Below are positions 62,198-64,000 of a DNA stretch of 64,000 nucleotides, piece after piece. This DNA is from Narcine bancroftii (Eukaryota). The position numbers and the translations under genes are program-made. Positions within the stretch are counted from its first letter, which is position 1. Each line of letters opens with the position of its first letter. The stretch lies in contig NC_091479.1 of assembly GCF_036971445.1 (NCBI RefSeq), positions 90,210,001 through 90,274,000 of the forward strand. Direction: 5' to 3'. Below the pieces are notes generated by a model that made no database searches, had not been told where the DNA came from, and was given only the letters and a program-made list of their open reading frames with translations.

Positions 62198-63579
62198 AAG
62201 GGCCTAGAACTGCGCTCTAAAACACTGACTCAAACTCCAAATTTGCACAAGAACATCGTCCTCATAAGAAACAGACAAATAAGGTGTAATGCAAAAAAAG
62301 AAAAGGATTAGGATTACATCCATGCTCCAGGCTTTCATTTGGAGAGGGTTCCAGATTTGAACTTGCATGGCCTTTACCAACTGTGTACAACGGGAAAAGC
62401 AACCTTCAATCTCTTCTTCCACTAGTGAGAGCAAAAATAATTTCTTTGTATTTTTTCACCAGCAATGATCCTGCTACTGATTAGGAGAGAGCCCTGAGGC
62501 TGTTGCACCTCCCTGAGTTTATGCACGATTTTGAGATGAGGGACGAAGACTGCAGATGACACCAAAATGGTTAGTTGGTGGGGGGCAGTGAAGGAAATGT
62601 TCAAACACAGACAAATAATGACATCCATATCAAGGTAGACGGATGAATGGTAAATATGACTTCACCTACACAATAAGGCACGATGATAAGCTTAGGCAAG
62701 GGAGAGAGCAATGGGAGTAAATAGTACGTGTCTGCAGGCTTCAGAACTCGGCACAGCAGGAGCGCAAGTAGGGTATTGCCCAATGAAACCAGTCAAGTAT
62801 GATTCGAAGCGGTAAAGAAAATTAATCTGGATTCTGGGCCCATAGCAAGAGAGAGACAGCAGGGGGTGATAATGAGTTTGTACAAGACACTGGTATTACC
62901 ATGACAGGGGAGAGGATGGGGGATCGTGTACTCACTCCCGTTGCCACACGAAAAAATGAACGCGCCGCCACTGGCAGCAGAGCTGAACTGGGTAATCCGA
63001 TTGACAGCTGAAAACATCAAGAGGAAAGGCTGAAAAGGTACTCATTTGCGGGATGTGGGTGATGTTTGTCAAGATCAAGGTTAACTTGCTCCCATTTTTC
63101 CCCCCCAGACATGCAGTACTGTAACAGGCCCTTCTGTCTATGCGCCCAAATACCCCAATTCACCTACGTTTTGAAGAGTGGGAGGAAACCGGAGAACTTC
63201 CTTGCAGATAGCACCAAATTAGAACCCAGTTCACTGGTGCACACCATGCCAGTTCTATGGATTCTAAGTTGATTGATGAAGCCTATGTGGGACCTCCAAA
63301 CGCCACCAAGGTACGACAGGAGTGGTCACTTTGAGTGGTCAGGGGCAGATATTGTCTTTAGTCGGTCAGGTTGTATAGTTTCAGACGGTGAGAAAATCCT
63401 TGAAATAGTTTTCTCACTCCTAGAAATCTCTCACTGTGAATGAACTTGGAATTGAATTTCTGCTATGGGGTCTGTAATTAGGCATGTACCCATGCATCAG
63501 ATGGTAATTCAAGTCTCGTTTCAGGAGGTGTTAGTTGTTGGGTTCTCAATGGACAGCAATGGAATTTGTATTGCCTACC

Positions 63580-63905
63580 AAAGTTTATAAAATCATGAGG
63601 TAGGGTAGGGGAATTTAAAGCTCAAGGGCCAAGATTGAAGGTGAGAGGGGAAAGATTTAAAAGGGACCCTCAAGGTCCCTTCTTTACACTGAAAGTGGTG
63701 GGTATATGGAATGAGCTGCCAAAAGAAGCGGTAGAACCAGGGACAATTGTAATTTTCAACAGATATTAATATTAAAAGGTACAGGGAGAGGACAGATCAA
63801 GAGAGACATGGGCCAAATTCAGGCAAATGGGACTAACTTGGTCGACATGAACAAGTTGAGTCAAAGGGCCTGTTTCTGAGCTGCAGAACTCTACAACTCT
63901 AACCT
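63580..63905 (+). mobile_element. CR1 LINE 3' end
   Basis: VYKIMR..LKVRGERFK..VVGIWNELP and the typical GGGCCTGTTTC tail. Confidence 0.75.
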
Positions 63906-64000
63906 GATTGTTTCAAGTTCAGTTTTATTGATAGTGGCTTTTAATTTTTGATGAATTAATTAAACAATTTAATCATTCCAGGTAGAAATTCTTATTTCAG

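Larger units (their letters stand above)
26872..64000 (-). other. HMGA2: HMGA2 intron 3 (3' portion; exons 1-3 presumably lie beyond the window)
   Basis: No AT-hook exon (..KRPRGRPRKW) seen by eye upstream of exon 4. HMGA2 intron 3 is very large in vertebrates. Confidence 0.7.

Overview
This is vertebrate genomic DNA, not a prokaryotic locus. The repeat content (CR1, Rex1/Babar, L2, L1, Penelope, RTE, tRNA-SINEs, Tigger/hAT/piggyBac MITEs) suggests a cartilaginous fish, probably a ray (inference). The window holds the 3' end of HMGA2 on the minus strand, which the ORF track misses: exon 4 (26839-26871, PQQEVQKKPAQ) and exon 5 (coding 9176-9223, EEGEGTSSQESTEED*). A ~2.9 kb transposon-free 3'UTR carries seven 7/8-mer let-7 sites and ends at an AATAAA at 6258-6263. 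Intron 4 is ~17.6 kb, and I found no exon 3, so intron 3 probably runs past the window end. Five near-identical, 5'-truncated copies of a young RTE LINE are present, one with an uninterrupted 747-aa RT ORF, and several are nested in older elements. The most unusual pattern is a cluster of locally templated duplications: 84-250 bp copied from 0.1-2.4 kb away, direct or inverted, often crossing TE/flank junctions. One has a DUP-INV-DUP structure with microhomology. Most small ORFs in the track are spurious. Boundaries of old TE fragments are approximate, and all family assignments are by eye without database searches.
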